Positions 49,286 to 57,894 of a stretch of 64,000 bases of DNA are shown in pieces. The DNA lies in contig JAZGFI010000235.1 of NCBI GenBank assembly GCA_036479435.1, positions 22,426 through 86,425 on the forward strand. Reading direction: 5' to 3'. A program made the position numbers and the translations under genes. The notes under the pieces were generated by a model. The model searched no databases. It saw only the letters and a list, made by a program, of their open reading frames with translations, and had not been told where the DNA came from. Every line of letters starts with the position of its first letter. Position 1 is the first letter of the stretch. This stretch comes from Planctomycetota bacterium. GTDB taxonomy: Bacteria; Planctomycetota; GCA-002687715; DRQF01.

Positions 49286-51591
49286 ATTCTCTTCAACAAT
49301 TCGATGATGCCGCGCTTGTCTTCATCGCTCAGGTCTTCACCGAATCGGTGACCCTTGTTGATGACGAAGTCTGGGCACTTGCTGAGTTCAATGAGTTCTT
49401 GGCCGACTTTTTCTTTGAGGTACCGACGAGTCTCATCTTCGTTGAGCCTTTTGACCTTGACGTGAACCAAAGCAAGTTTGATTTTGACCAACAGACGAAC
49501 GAGCTTGCGAGCCTTGCCAATATCCTTGATGCCTTTGAGTCCGAGATCGAGACTGGCGAGGAGGTTGATCGGCATTCCCTTGGGTATCGGGCCGATAACG
49601 ATGTGATCCACGCCATCGATGGATTGAACGAGTTCCGATCCTAAGGCTTTCAGCACGGCGCCGACGAATCTTGGCAACTCAGCGGTGGGAACCTGAATCG
49701 CACTGGTGTGCTTGCAGCGGTAAATGGCCAGTTCTTTTGAAATCCGTTTGTCTGGCCACAAAAGCTTTTGGCAAGCGTCTTCAAAGAGTTCCATACGTCC
49801 TTTGATCGATGGATCGGGATTGGCATTGGGTTCTTTGGGTGCACCAAGCGAGTTGTTGTGCAAAAACGGAGCCGAGGTCCAGATCGCGATCAAGGAAGGC
49901 GTGCGGTAGTAGCCGACGCTCTTGCTGGCCTTAGGCTGAAAGACCTCGTCTTGTTGTGTCAGCGGGTTGTAGAAGTCGATGGACTCTACCGCGTCCAATT
50001 CCTTGTAAGTCTCTGACGAGAAGTTGTCCCAGATGCTGCCGCGGGTGGCATTGGTTCCGAGGGCCCGGCCGGCGTTGGTGCCGATGTCAGAAACGAGATG
50101 ACGACGCTCATCGGAAAGAAAATTGTTGACGAGAAAGTCTGCTGAGAGGACGGACTTCTCAAACCACGCGGCTTCTTGCTCTAGATCTAATCCGGCTGGA
50201 GGCCGTTTGCTCGAGTGGCATTCTGCGCACTCTTGAGCGAAGGCCCTCTTTCCTCGCTCAAGTAAGGCCTCATCTTGGGATAGGTAAGATGATCCGGGTA
50301 GTTCGGCTCCTGCCACCGCTCTTGATTTCGCATCGGCGAGCGGCATGGATTGGAAGGAAGACAAAAATGTGGCGATGTTTTCCAGCCGCTCTTCGGTAGC
50401 GCGCCAAAAGACGGAGTTTTTCTGTGCGGTCGCAATCGAAAAAGGCTCTTGGTGTCTTACGCCGACGAGAGGCTTGTGGAGTGTAAGCCACTGTTCAGAG
50501 AACAAACCGATGTTGACGTAGACACGGATGGTTGCACCCGCGACGCCAATTGAGTCGGAACCGTCTTTCAGGATGCGTGGCACCGGACGCGGGTTTGTTT
50601 TTTCTTGGCCCACAAATGACTTCAGCTTTGTTGTGGCCGAACTCATGGATTCCATGGCCTTCGCATTGTCTTTCGCAGTCTGAAGGCGTGTGGGAACTCT
50701 AAAGATGGCGTTGATGGTGTTGGGATTGTTGATGTGATCCGTCGCCATGCGCGACGTATCTGAGGTGCCCATGGGTTGGGTGCTCATCATCTCCCACAAG
50801 AAGCTACTGGGTTGACCATCGGCGGGTGCATGCAAGTTGGAGGCGAAGACCGCACCTTCACGGAAGTACTGGTTGCCGATTGCGGATGAAAGATTGTCCC
50901 AATCCGGTTCGTTCGGATCGATTGGAGGATTGAGCGGATTGGGCGCGATGTGACACACGCCGCAGGCCATGCCAACCCGGTAGGGCCGGATGAGTTCGCG
51001 GTTCATCGAGTAATTGTCATCGGAGTAATACTTGCCGATGTTAGCTTTCCATTTGGCCTTCGCCGCTTCGTTGAAATCGGGGTTTGGGTAAAGCCTCAGG
51101 CCCAAAATTCCCGTTGAGCGTCCGTAGACGGAATCCTTGATTCCTTCCTTGGCGATCATTTGATCGATGCGACCCATCTTGTGGCCATCGGCGGGCACGT
51201 CTAACCACAATCCATACTCATCGGGTTCGCTAGGCGTCATGAATCCGGGTTCATTGATCAGCCCAAGTTTTTCGAAACGAGTGCCGCGTGCGCGCGAGTC
51301 AATCATTCGAAGCGTGTCGGACATCCCGTAGCTGTTTTTAGCCAGCCAGTCGAGAAAAGCCTGACTCCCACCAGTCCATATGTTCCAGGTATTGCGCCCC
51401 TGGATTCCATGCGCGGTCAATGGTGTTCCCAAATCCATGCCCGCGAATACATCAGCTTTGAGTTGCGGCAAGTCCGACGTCTTGAGACCTTTGCGAGTCG
51501 GCTCGTCTTTGGCCTCTGATCCACATCCAAAGAGGCCTGCAATTAGGACCAACAACGTCGCTGAGGCCGACAAGGAAGTGAGGCGTTTCAT
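49282..51591 (-). CDS. Large di-heme c-type cytochrome lipoprotein (RoxA-superfamily)
   Basis: ATG 51591 with GGAG RBS; LFGC lipobox; CGVCH and CAECH; PSLIAIWTSAPFLHNNS. Confidence 0.85.
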   Translation of the reverse strand: MKRLTSLSASATLLVLIAGLFGCGSEAKDEPTRKGLKTSDLPQLKADVFAGMDLGTPLTAHGIQGRNTWNIWTGGSQAFLDWLAKNSYGMSDTLRMIDSRARGTRFEKLGLINEPGFMTPSEPDEYGLWLDVPADGHKMGRIDQMIAKEGIKDSVYGRSTGILGLRLYPNPDFNEAAKAKWKANIGKYYSDDNYSMNRELIRPYRVGMACGVCHIAPNPLNPPIDPNEPDWDNLSSAIGNQYFREGAVFASNLHAPADGQPSSFLWEMMSTQPMGTSDTSRMATDHINNPNTINAIFRVPTRLQTAKDNAKAMESMSSATTKLKSFVGQEKTNPRPVPRILKDGSDSIGVAGATIRVYVNIGLFSEQWLTLHKPLVGVRHQEPFSIATAQKNSVFWRATEERLENIATFLSSFQSMPLADAKSRAVAGAELPGSSYLSQDEALLERGKRAFAQECAECHSSKRPPAGLDLEQEAAWFEKSVLSADFLVNNFLSDERRHLVSDIGTNAGRALGTNATRGSIWDNFSSETYKELDAVESIDFYNPLTQQDEVFQPKASKSVGYYRTPSLIAIWTSAPFLHNNSLGAPKEPNANPDPSIKGRMELFEDACQKLLWPDKRISKELAIYRCKHTSAIQVPTAELPRFVGAVLKALGSELVQSIDGVDHIVIGPIPKGMPINLLASLDLGLKGIKDIGKARKLVRLLVKIKLALVHVKVKRLNEDETRRYLKEKVGQELIELSKCPDFVINKGHRFGEDLSDEDKRGIIELLKRM

Positions 51592-52035
51592 GATTTTGTC
51601 TCCGAGGGCGATGAGATGCGTGGCGCTTTTCCACAACTTGCTGAGCAACATCACTTTCTTTGACGACACGTCCTGCTTGGTGCAAGTTGCCGTACAAGAA
51701 TGTTTCGCGATGACCTGCCTGATGAGTGGTCCGTAATCCACTCCAATAGTCCGCAGTTGTACGCAAAAGTCAACGCGTACTTTTTCACTAAGCAAGACGG
51801 CAACGCAATCTTAATGAAATCAACACAAAGCTAAGCGCAAGAAAGACAGAATCAGTTTCAGGCCTTGAGCGGCACCGCGAAGTGCTCGTTGCGCTCCTCT
51901 GGCGGTCTAGCGCAAGGCCGATGTCATGATCAGCTCGAAACGCGTTGAAACCGCGGTGATCTGATCCCGGTCCCTTGTTGCCGTGTAGATTCCGGCTCAC
52001 TATGTTGAAGGCACAGGCTCTTAGGGAGTGAACAT

Positions 52036-53442
52036 GTGGCGACGGTTTTTGTTTCTTATCGGACAGCTGATTCCACGGAAACTGTAGAGCGCTTGTGCGA
52101 CCGACTTCGTGCCGCACTTGGAAAAGATCAGGTCTTTCGAGATCGAAATGCGATTGAGATTGGTAACGACTATCGAGTTGCGATCGACGATGCCTTGGAA
52201 TCCTGCGACGTGTTACTTGCGGTCATCGGCGAGGACTGGATGGGACCAAAGCCCGACGGCAGGTCGAGAATGTCCGACGAAGACGACTACGTTCGTTTTG
52301 AAATCGAAAAGGCGCTTGCAGGTAACGCAGTTGTCATTCCCGTGCTGTTGGGCTTAACGCCCATGCCCAAGGCCATTGACATCCCACCATCTCTCGAACA
52401 ACTGACCTACCGTCAGGCCACGAACTTGCGATCAGACCCTGACTTTGATTTTGACGTGGCCCGTATCTTGAGGCGAATTCCGGGCGCAAGTCCGAAGAGC
52501 TTCAAGACCAATGTTCTCCTCGTAGCAATGTTGTTGCTCGTTATTCCGAGCTGGATATTGCTCTATGCTGGGCCTTGGGGGCTTGCGACAGCAGCCTTGG
52601 CTCTCGTTCCGTTCCCGCTCCTTTTTGGGTTGATGTTCGTGTTTCGAAAACGACGAGCCGAAGCGATCCGACTTTGGATTGATCGAAAGATCTTGATTGG
52701 GAAGTGGACCACGCATGTGCTGTCCTGTTGCCTTTTTCTTGCACTTCTAACGACTGCTTTTCTGGGCACAATCAGCATCAAGAGGGATGAGAATGACACC
52801 ACACATCTCAAAGTCGAGCATGATGATGACGGTGAACGTCACGCTCTTGATGTCGGCACCAACTACCATGTGTTTTGGACGACATTGTGGTCGCCGCGCG
52901 ACGTCACGGTTCGCGTCGATGGGTTGCCGAGGAAAGTCGTTCGGCTGCGGCCTTACCAACGACTGACTCTAGAGATCCCCCATGCGTTCATCAAAAGAGT
53001 GCTGCTGGTTCGAAGCGGGACTTTGTTCCTGGCCGATACGGCGTTTCACAACGATGAGCATTCGTTTGTGATGCAAGTGTACAAAAACAACATCTTGTCG
53101 GCTGAGGCAGAATTCGATGGCCAGTCTGTCTACATCGGGTGTGAAAAAGCGACTGGGGTTCCGGAAGCGCTGAGAACAACTTGGCGGCAAGAACTCGTCG
53201 ACGGCAACTATACCGCCAAAGAGAAGACGAACTTGATGCCGAAGTATTGGACGAAGGTCGGCAATGACCTTGAGTCCTTCGAGCTTGAGCCCAAAGATAA
53301 GATCCGAATTGATCTCATTAAGATGTCGGACTCGAGTGCCGGCGGGACGTTGTTTGGGAGAAGCAAGATGATTGAGGTTAATTCATCGAGGGACTCAAGG
53401 TTTAGTCCCCAAGTCATCACCATCGAAGTCCAAGAGGACTGA
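52036..53442 (+). CDS. TIR-3TM-extracytoplasmic domain protein
   Basis: VFVSYR, VFRD, VLLAVIG..W, DYVRFEI, VIPVL; three TMs; about 220-aa soluble C-terminus. Confidence 0.87.
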   Translation: MATVFVSYRTADSTETVERLCDRLRAALGKDQVFRDRNAIEIGNDYRVAIDDALESCDVLLAVIGEDWMGPKPDGRSRMSDEDDYVRFEIEKALAGNAVVIPVLLGLTPMPKAIDIPPSLEQLTYRQATNLRSDPDFDFDVARILRRIPGASPKSFKTNVLLVAMLLLVIPSWILLYAGPWGLATAALALVPFPLLFGLMFVFRKRRAEAIRLWIDRKILIGKWTTHVLSCCLFLALLTTAFLGTISIKRDENDTTHLKVEHDDDGERHALDVGTNYHVFWTTLWSPRDVTVRVDGLPRKVVRLRPYQRLTLEIPHAFIKRVLLVRSGTLFLADTAFHNDEHSFVMQVYKNNILSAEAEFDGQSVYIGCEKATGVPEALRTTWRQELVDGNYTAKEKTNLMPKYWTKVGNDLESFELEPKDKIRIDLIKMSDSSAGGTLFGRSKMIEVNSSRDSRFSPQVITIEVQED

Positions 53443-53452
53443 GGAGGAAAAC

Positions 53453-54385
53453 ATGAGGCAAAATAGCCCATTTTCGTCAACGCTACTTTGCATCGCCGTG
53501 CTGTTAGTAGCGTTGGGTTCATTCGCTGGCGCGCAAGCTACGAAAGAAAAGATCTCGCTTCGGTTTGCGTTTGAAGGGAAGACTGTCCGCAATGCCTACG
53601 ACGGATTTCCTGACTTGGAAACAGCGGTCGGCAATGCCGTTCTTGAACAGCTAAATTCGGTCAAGGCTCTGGAACACTGGACCTTGGAGCTGGCCGACAA
53701 GACAAACCCGATTAAAAGCGGACTCGCCGTTACCCTCGTCTACACAAAGCGCGAACTCTATGTGCGGATGCGGGCGTTATCTGGATTTTTGTCGGCTGAA
53801 GACAAAGAACTCGCAGAGTGGATCGGGCGTTTGGTTGATCCAGCAGTGAATGCAGAGGAAACCACGGACGGCATTCCCAATAGCGACCAAGTTCCATTCA
53901 TGGTCAAAAGCGCGATGGCCAGAATCCTCGACGAGGCGAGTGAGTCCGAATTGATGGACACTTTTTCTCAGGCTTTTCCTCTGGGCCAATTTCCCAAAGG
54001 GTTCAAACCACACACTGAAGGCAACAAGGCTGTAACGGTGATTCCGCTGGATGCAGAATCCGACAAGAATTGTTTCTTGAAGTATTCAGATTTCGAATTG
54101 AGATGCACTTCGTCGCGAGATGGCGACACGCGTCTTAGGGTACACGCGAGTGGAATGACGACGCCCTTTCCCGATTCACAAGGCAGCGTAAAAATTGTGA
54201 ATGCCATCAAGGTTGAGATCCAGGGTATTGGATTCGGAAAGCCACCCACCGAAGCGGTTCAACACGCTGAGCACCACGACATCATCGTGAATTCCCAACT
54301 GCAGTTGTTCTTTCTCCATGAACTCAACGAGACAGTTCACCATTGCCATCACGGCGATGTGTCGCTCGCTGGGGGGGGGAGCTAA
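53453..54385 (+). CDS. Secreted hypothetical protein
   Basis: GAGGAGG RBS, signal peptide ending AGA-Q, 10 nt after the TIR gene. Confidence 0.75.
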   Translation: MRQNSPFSSTLLCIAVLLVALGSFAGAQATKEKISLRFAFEGKTVRNAYDGFPDLETAVGNAVLEQLNSVKALEHWTLELADKTNPIKSGLAVTLVYTKRELYVRMRALSGFLSAEDKELAEWIGRLVDPAVNAEETTDGIPNSDQVPFMVKSAMARILDEASESELMDTFSQAFPLGQFPKGFKPHTEGNKAVTVIPLDAESDKNCFLKYSDFELRCTSSRDGDTRLRVHASGMTTPFPDSQGSVKIVNAIKVEIQGIGFGKPPTEAVQHAEHHDIIVNSQLQLFFLHELNETVHHCHHGDVSLAGGGS

Positions 54386-54387
54386 AC

Positions 54388-56286
54388 ATGAAGCGCATCG
54401 TCATTGCTTTGGCGCTGGTCATGGTGCTCTTGGCCTCGCTGTCGCTGACAGCTCAGCGCCGTTCCCCGCAGCTTGATCGCGACGCAGCGCGCGTGAAGAA
54501 ACTGGCCAAGAAATCAAAGGCCTTGCGCAAATTGATCTTGCAAAAGGACTCAGGTCTTAGAAAAGAGATCCTCTCCAACAAGAAATTGCGCTTGGCTTTG
54601 GACAAAGACCGCAATATCCGCGAGCGACTTGCGAGAGACAAAGAATCGGCGCTCAAAGACAGTGAGTTTTTGGAAAAACTTCTGAAGCGAGATGATGTTG
54701 TCAATCATCTCTTGGCCCAAAAGGAAGTGAAGATAGCTTTTCAAGACGAGCTTAAGAACTACCAACGCGCTTTGAAGGACGCTCGAAATTCCTCGAAATC
54801 TGGCGCGCACAGAATGGCAGTTTCGCAATACGAAGCGGCCACCAACGAGGCTCGACGAATCAAGAATCCCCATGCCGAAGCGCAAGCACTGATCTATGGC
54901 GCTCGAGAACTTGAGGCCATTGGTGACAGGCACGTCCTGACGGCAGACAAGAAGCGGGCTCTTGCTTGGTACGACTCCGCGATTCGAATTGGAGACACTC
55001 AGCAACAGGCACTCGCGCGCAACAACAAAGGGGTGGCACTTCTTGAAACCAAAGACAGCGCAGGTGCGCTCACGGTGCTCAGGGAGATAGACCTCAATCA
55101 AGTTGACAAATTTCAGCGGCCCCTATTTCGTTACAATCTTGGGCGAGCCCTTGAGCGAGAAGGTGCTCCGCTTGAAGCCCGCCAAGAATACTCCAAGGTC
55201 CTGGCCGAAAAGCCGGACTTTCGCCCGGCCAGCGACAGTGTTTTTCGCTTGCTCTTGCAGTCCAAAGACAAGTCCAAAGTCAAAGACGCCGCGGCACAAG
55301 TAGATCAGCTTACGTCCGGGAAGCAGATCCGAATTTCCCGAGCCAACGCAAAGAAATGTCTTACTCAGTGGAGGGCCGATGCCGACGCGCCGTTGCTTTG
55401 CAAGTCTCTGATTCGCAATTACCGAGTTTCCGGAATACGTCCGAGGCGTTTCGCAAGAAAGGAGAAGCCGTATTTCAAGAAGCTCGCCGAAAGCTCCAAG
55501 GACATGAAGCCTTTTGCGGATGCCATGATGATGGTGTACGAAGGGAAGTTGGAAATCGCGATCAACAACCGAAAAGCCCTATCGGTGTTTCCTTATTGGG
55601 AGCGTCCTGAAATGAAGGCGGAGTGGGCTAAACTGTTAAGGGCCACCGCAGACAAGTTTGACAATCGTGGAGACAGTGAACAGGCTCTGGCTAGGTACTT
55701 ACTGAGCTGGAAGCTTGACCAAGAAAGTACCGAATCTTTGGTCTACATCGCAGAGCTCTTTCGCCAGAACCCCAAATTACTCGTGAAACAACCCGCAGTT
55801 TTTGAGGCGCTCATAGATCGCGTCATGGTGGCGAAAGGCATTGCCTACTCCAACTCATACACCTCCAGTGATGAGTGGACCAACATCCGTCGCTACCATA
55901 TTCTCTTGGGCACAATTTTTGAAAACCAGCGCAAATGGGGCGGACCGAAGACCATTCGAAGCGCGATTTTTCAATTTGAGCGCGCAATTTGGACACGGGC
56001 AAAGATCGAAAAAGCAAGTGGAACTCGCCTAGGCCCTGCGCCGGGTCTTCACTATCGCGCCGGAAAGGCCTGGCATCATCGAAAGGACTCGAGTCCTGAC
56101 GATCGTGATAGGGCTTACAATCACTACATCAGGGCCACGCAAATTTTCATTAAGCGCGGAAATGCCTCAGAGGCGATGACCTGTCTTGATGCAGCCAGCA
56201 AAGTAAAACTTTCCAAAGATCGAAGGCTGCTGGGGGCACTGCGAAACTTGAAGACGGAAATTCGAAAAATTCGCCAGCGGCGTTAG
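54388..56286 (+). CDS. Secreted basic TPR protein
   Basis: MKRIVIALALVMVLLASLSLTA signal; TPR units ARNNKGVALL, RYNLGRALE, LLGTIFE. Confidence 0.8.
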   Translation: MKRIVIALALVMVLLASLSLTAQRRSPQLDRDAARVKKLAKKSKALRKLILQKDSGLRKEILSNKKLRLALDKDRNIRERLARDKESALKDSEFLEKLLKRDDVVNHLLAQKEVKIAFQDELKNYQRALKDARNSSKSGAHRMAVSQYEAATNEARRIKNPHAEAQALIYGARELEAIGDRHVLTADKKRALAWYDSAIRIGDTQQQALARNNKGVALLETKDSAGALTVLREIDLNQVDKFQRPLFRYNLGRALEREGAPLEARQEYSKVLAEKPDFRPASDSVFRLLLQSKDKSKVKDAAAQVDQLTSGKQIRISRANAKKCLTQWRADADAPLLCKSLIRNYRVSGIRPRRFARKEKPYFKKLAESSKDMKPFADAMMMVYEGKLEIAINNRKALSVFPYWERPEMKAEWAKLLRATADKFDNRGDSEQALARYLLSWKLDQESTESLVYIAELFRQNPKLLVKQPAVFEALIDRVMVAKGIAYSNSYTSSDEWTNIRRYHILLGTIFENQRKWGGPKTIRSAIFQFERAIWTRAKIEKASGTRLGPAPGLHYRAGKAWHHRKDSSPDDRDRAYNHYIRATQIFIKRGNASEAMTCLDAASKVKLSKDRRLLGALRNLKTEIRKIRQRR

Positions 56287-56320
56287 TGGTAGACGGCTGT
56301 CTTAGGCCATTGCGAAGGTG

Positions 56321-57265
56321 TTACTTCAGACTATCGTAGTCATACCATTCCGTCGGGTCGAGCACGTCTTCTGGCCGCATCGACTCACCGAGAATCGCGA
56401 CCATTTGGTCGTTGAGGCGATGTCCCGCTGGACCCTCCGTCGGAGATGGCCGATAGACGCGGCCGTGGTTAGCCATCCACGCCTCCCAGATCCGGTCGAC
56501 GTTGCAGTGATTGAGAAAGAACACGGGATCGTTCGGGGACGTACCGGGGCTCATGTCCCCTCCGACCCAGACATGGACCCGGTTGTGCAACTGAGGACCG
56601 TTGAGCCACCCTTCGAGGCGGTTGCGGTGCGAAACGGACCCCATGCCCCATGAGGGCTGATCGTATTGTGATTCCTGGTGGGCCTGGATGACGTCATCCT
56701 CGTTGGGCAAGTCGGGCACATCGCGGCCGGCATCCCGTTCGATCGGGCGCGGGTCAATCGACCACAACACGCCTCCGCTTTGCCACAGTCGTACCCGCAT
56801 CGCGCCGAGCTGCCCGCTGTTGACTTCGTTGCGCGCGTCACCGAGGTGAGTACTCGACCATAGGATAGTCTGCCATTGTTGGTTGGGGGGTTGGATCTCG
56901 CCGTCCGCTGCCCAGTCCCAATAGGGAAGAGCGAAGTTGGGGTCGGCGAGAACCCGCTGCAACTGCTGCTCCAGACGGATCAGGTACATGCGGTGCCAGG
57001 GCAGGAAGATCGGCCCGCCGTGTGCGGCATTTCCGACGCTGAGTTGGATGCTCATCGTGGCGACGTGCCACAGAACGAATAGGTCGTAGGTCGAGAGGTC
57101 CTGCTGAATCCCGCGCATCGGCAGACTCGGGATGTTGCTCCGCAGAAAGTTGAAGACATCCTGCGCCGTCACTCCGGAGTCCTCCTGGTCGAGCAAGACG
57201 CAACCCCGAAGATAGTCGTTTCGCGCCGAAGAGCTAGTCAAGATGTTGCTACGCCTGCCCGTCAT
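56321..57265 (-). CDS. Tyrosinase (MelC2-like, type-3 copper)
   Basis: FVLWH, AHGGPIFLPWHR, PYWDW, LHNRVHVWVGGDM, SPNDPVFFLNHCNVDRIW. Confidence 0.93.
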   Translation of the reverse strand: MTGRRSNILTSSSARNDYLRGCVLLDQEDSGVTAQDVFNFLRSNIPSLPMRGIQQDLSTYDLFVLWHVATMSIQLSVGNAAHGGPIFLPWHRMYLIRLEQQLQRVLADPNFALPYWDWAADGEIQPPNQQWQTILWSSTHLGDARNEVNSGQLGAMRVRLWQSGGVLWSIDPRPIERDAGRDVPDLPNEDDVIQAHQESQYDQPSWGMGSVSHRNRLEGWLNGPQLHNRVHVWVGGDMSPGTSPNDPVFFLNHCNVDRIWEAWMANHGRVYRPSPTEGPAGHRLNDQMVAILGESMRPEDVLDPTEWYDYDSLK

Positions 57266-57635
57266 GCCCGCTCCCTTCCCCATGCCCATCCGGGTCTCCG
57301 CAATCGCTCCCGAGTTCGTCATTCGGAAGAGGTCTTTCGCTGTCGATGATTTTCTTAACCATGTCCAATGCCGATGAGAAAGAGTAGTTCGGCAAGCCAT
57401 GGCAGTGCACGGAACCGTCGTCAAGTACTTTCGTGTGCATCGTCAACGGCTTGCCATCGATCTCGATCTTGTATGTCGTGTGGATCACGAACTTTCGATC
57501 CCGGTAGATCGAGGCCCTCGTCGAATGAAAAGTGTCGTGGTGTTCGTGCTCTCCTTGCACCACGCCTTCTGGAACCGCTAGGTCGTCCCGGTAGATCGCG
57601 GCGGCGAAGCCGCTGGGGTCGTTCCGTTTTGTCAT
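57249..57635 (-). CDS. Tyrosinase caddie/copper chaperone (MelC1-like)
   Basis: YRDRKF, IEIDGKPL..H....DG...H...Y.....A...K..ID pattern; His-rich; overlaps the tyrosinase start. Confidence 0.7.
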   Translation of the reverse strand: MTKRNDPSGFAAAIYRDDLAVPEGVVQGEHEHHDTFHSTRASIYRDRKFVIHTTYKIEIDGKPLTMHTKVLDDGSVHCHGLPNYSFSSALDMVKKIIDSERPLPNDELGSDCGDPDGHGEGSGHDGQA

Positions 57636-57894
57636 CGGGGGTGGTCCTTTACTTGTCGTTGATTCCTTGACCTTGTGCCTGAGGTCCCCATCGTAGCAAG
57701 GCATTGCCGTTCCCGTTCTTGCAGATTTCGCCACGGGAGTCTGTGCTGATCCAGTGAGGCTCGGAACAGACTCCCGATCGTTAATCTCGTTGCCGTGGTC
57801 GGGCACCCGAGCTTCCTGGGTAACATTGTCGTTTTCGCGTGCTATTGCCATCAATGTAGAGCGTTGCGATGCCCGTGGCTCTATCCCGCGACCT

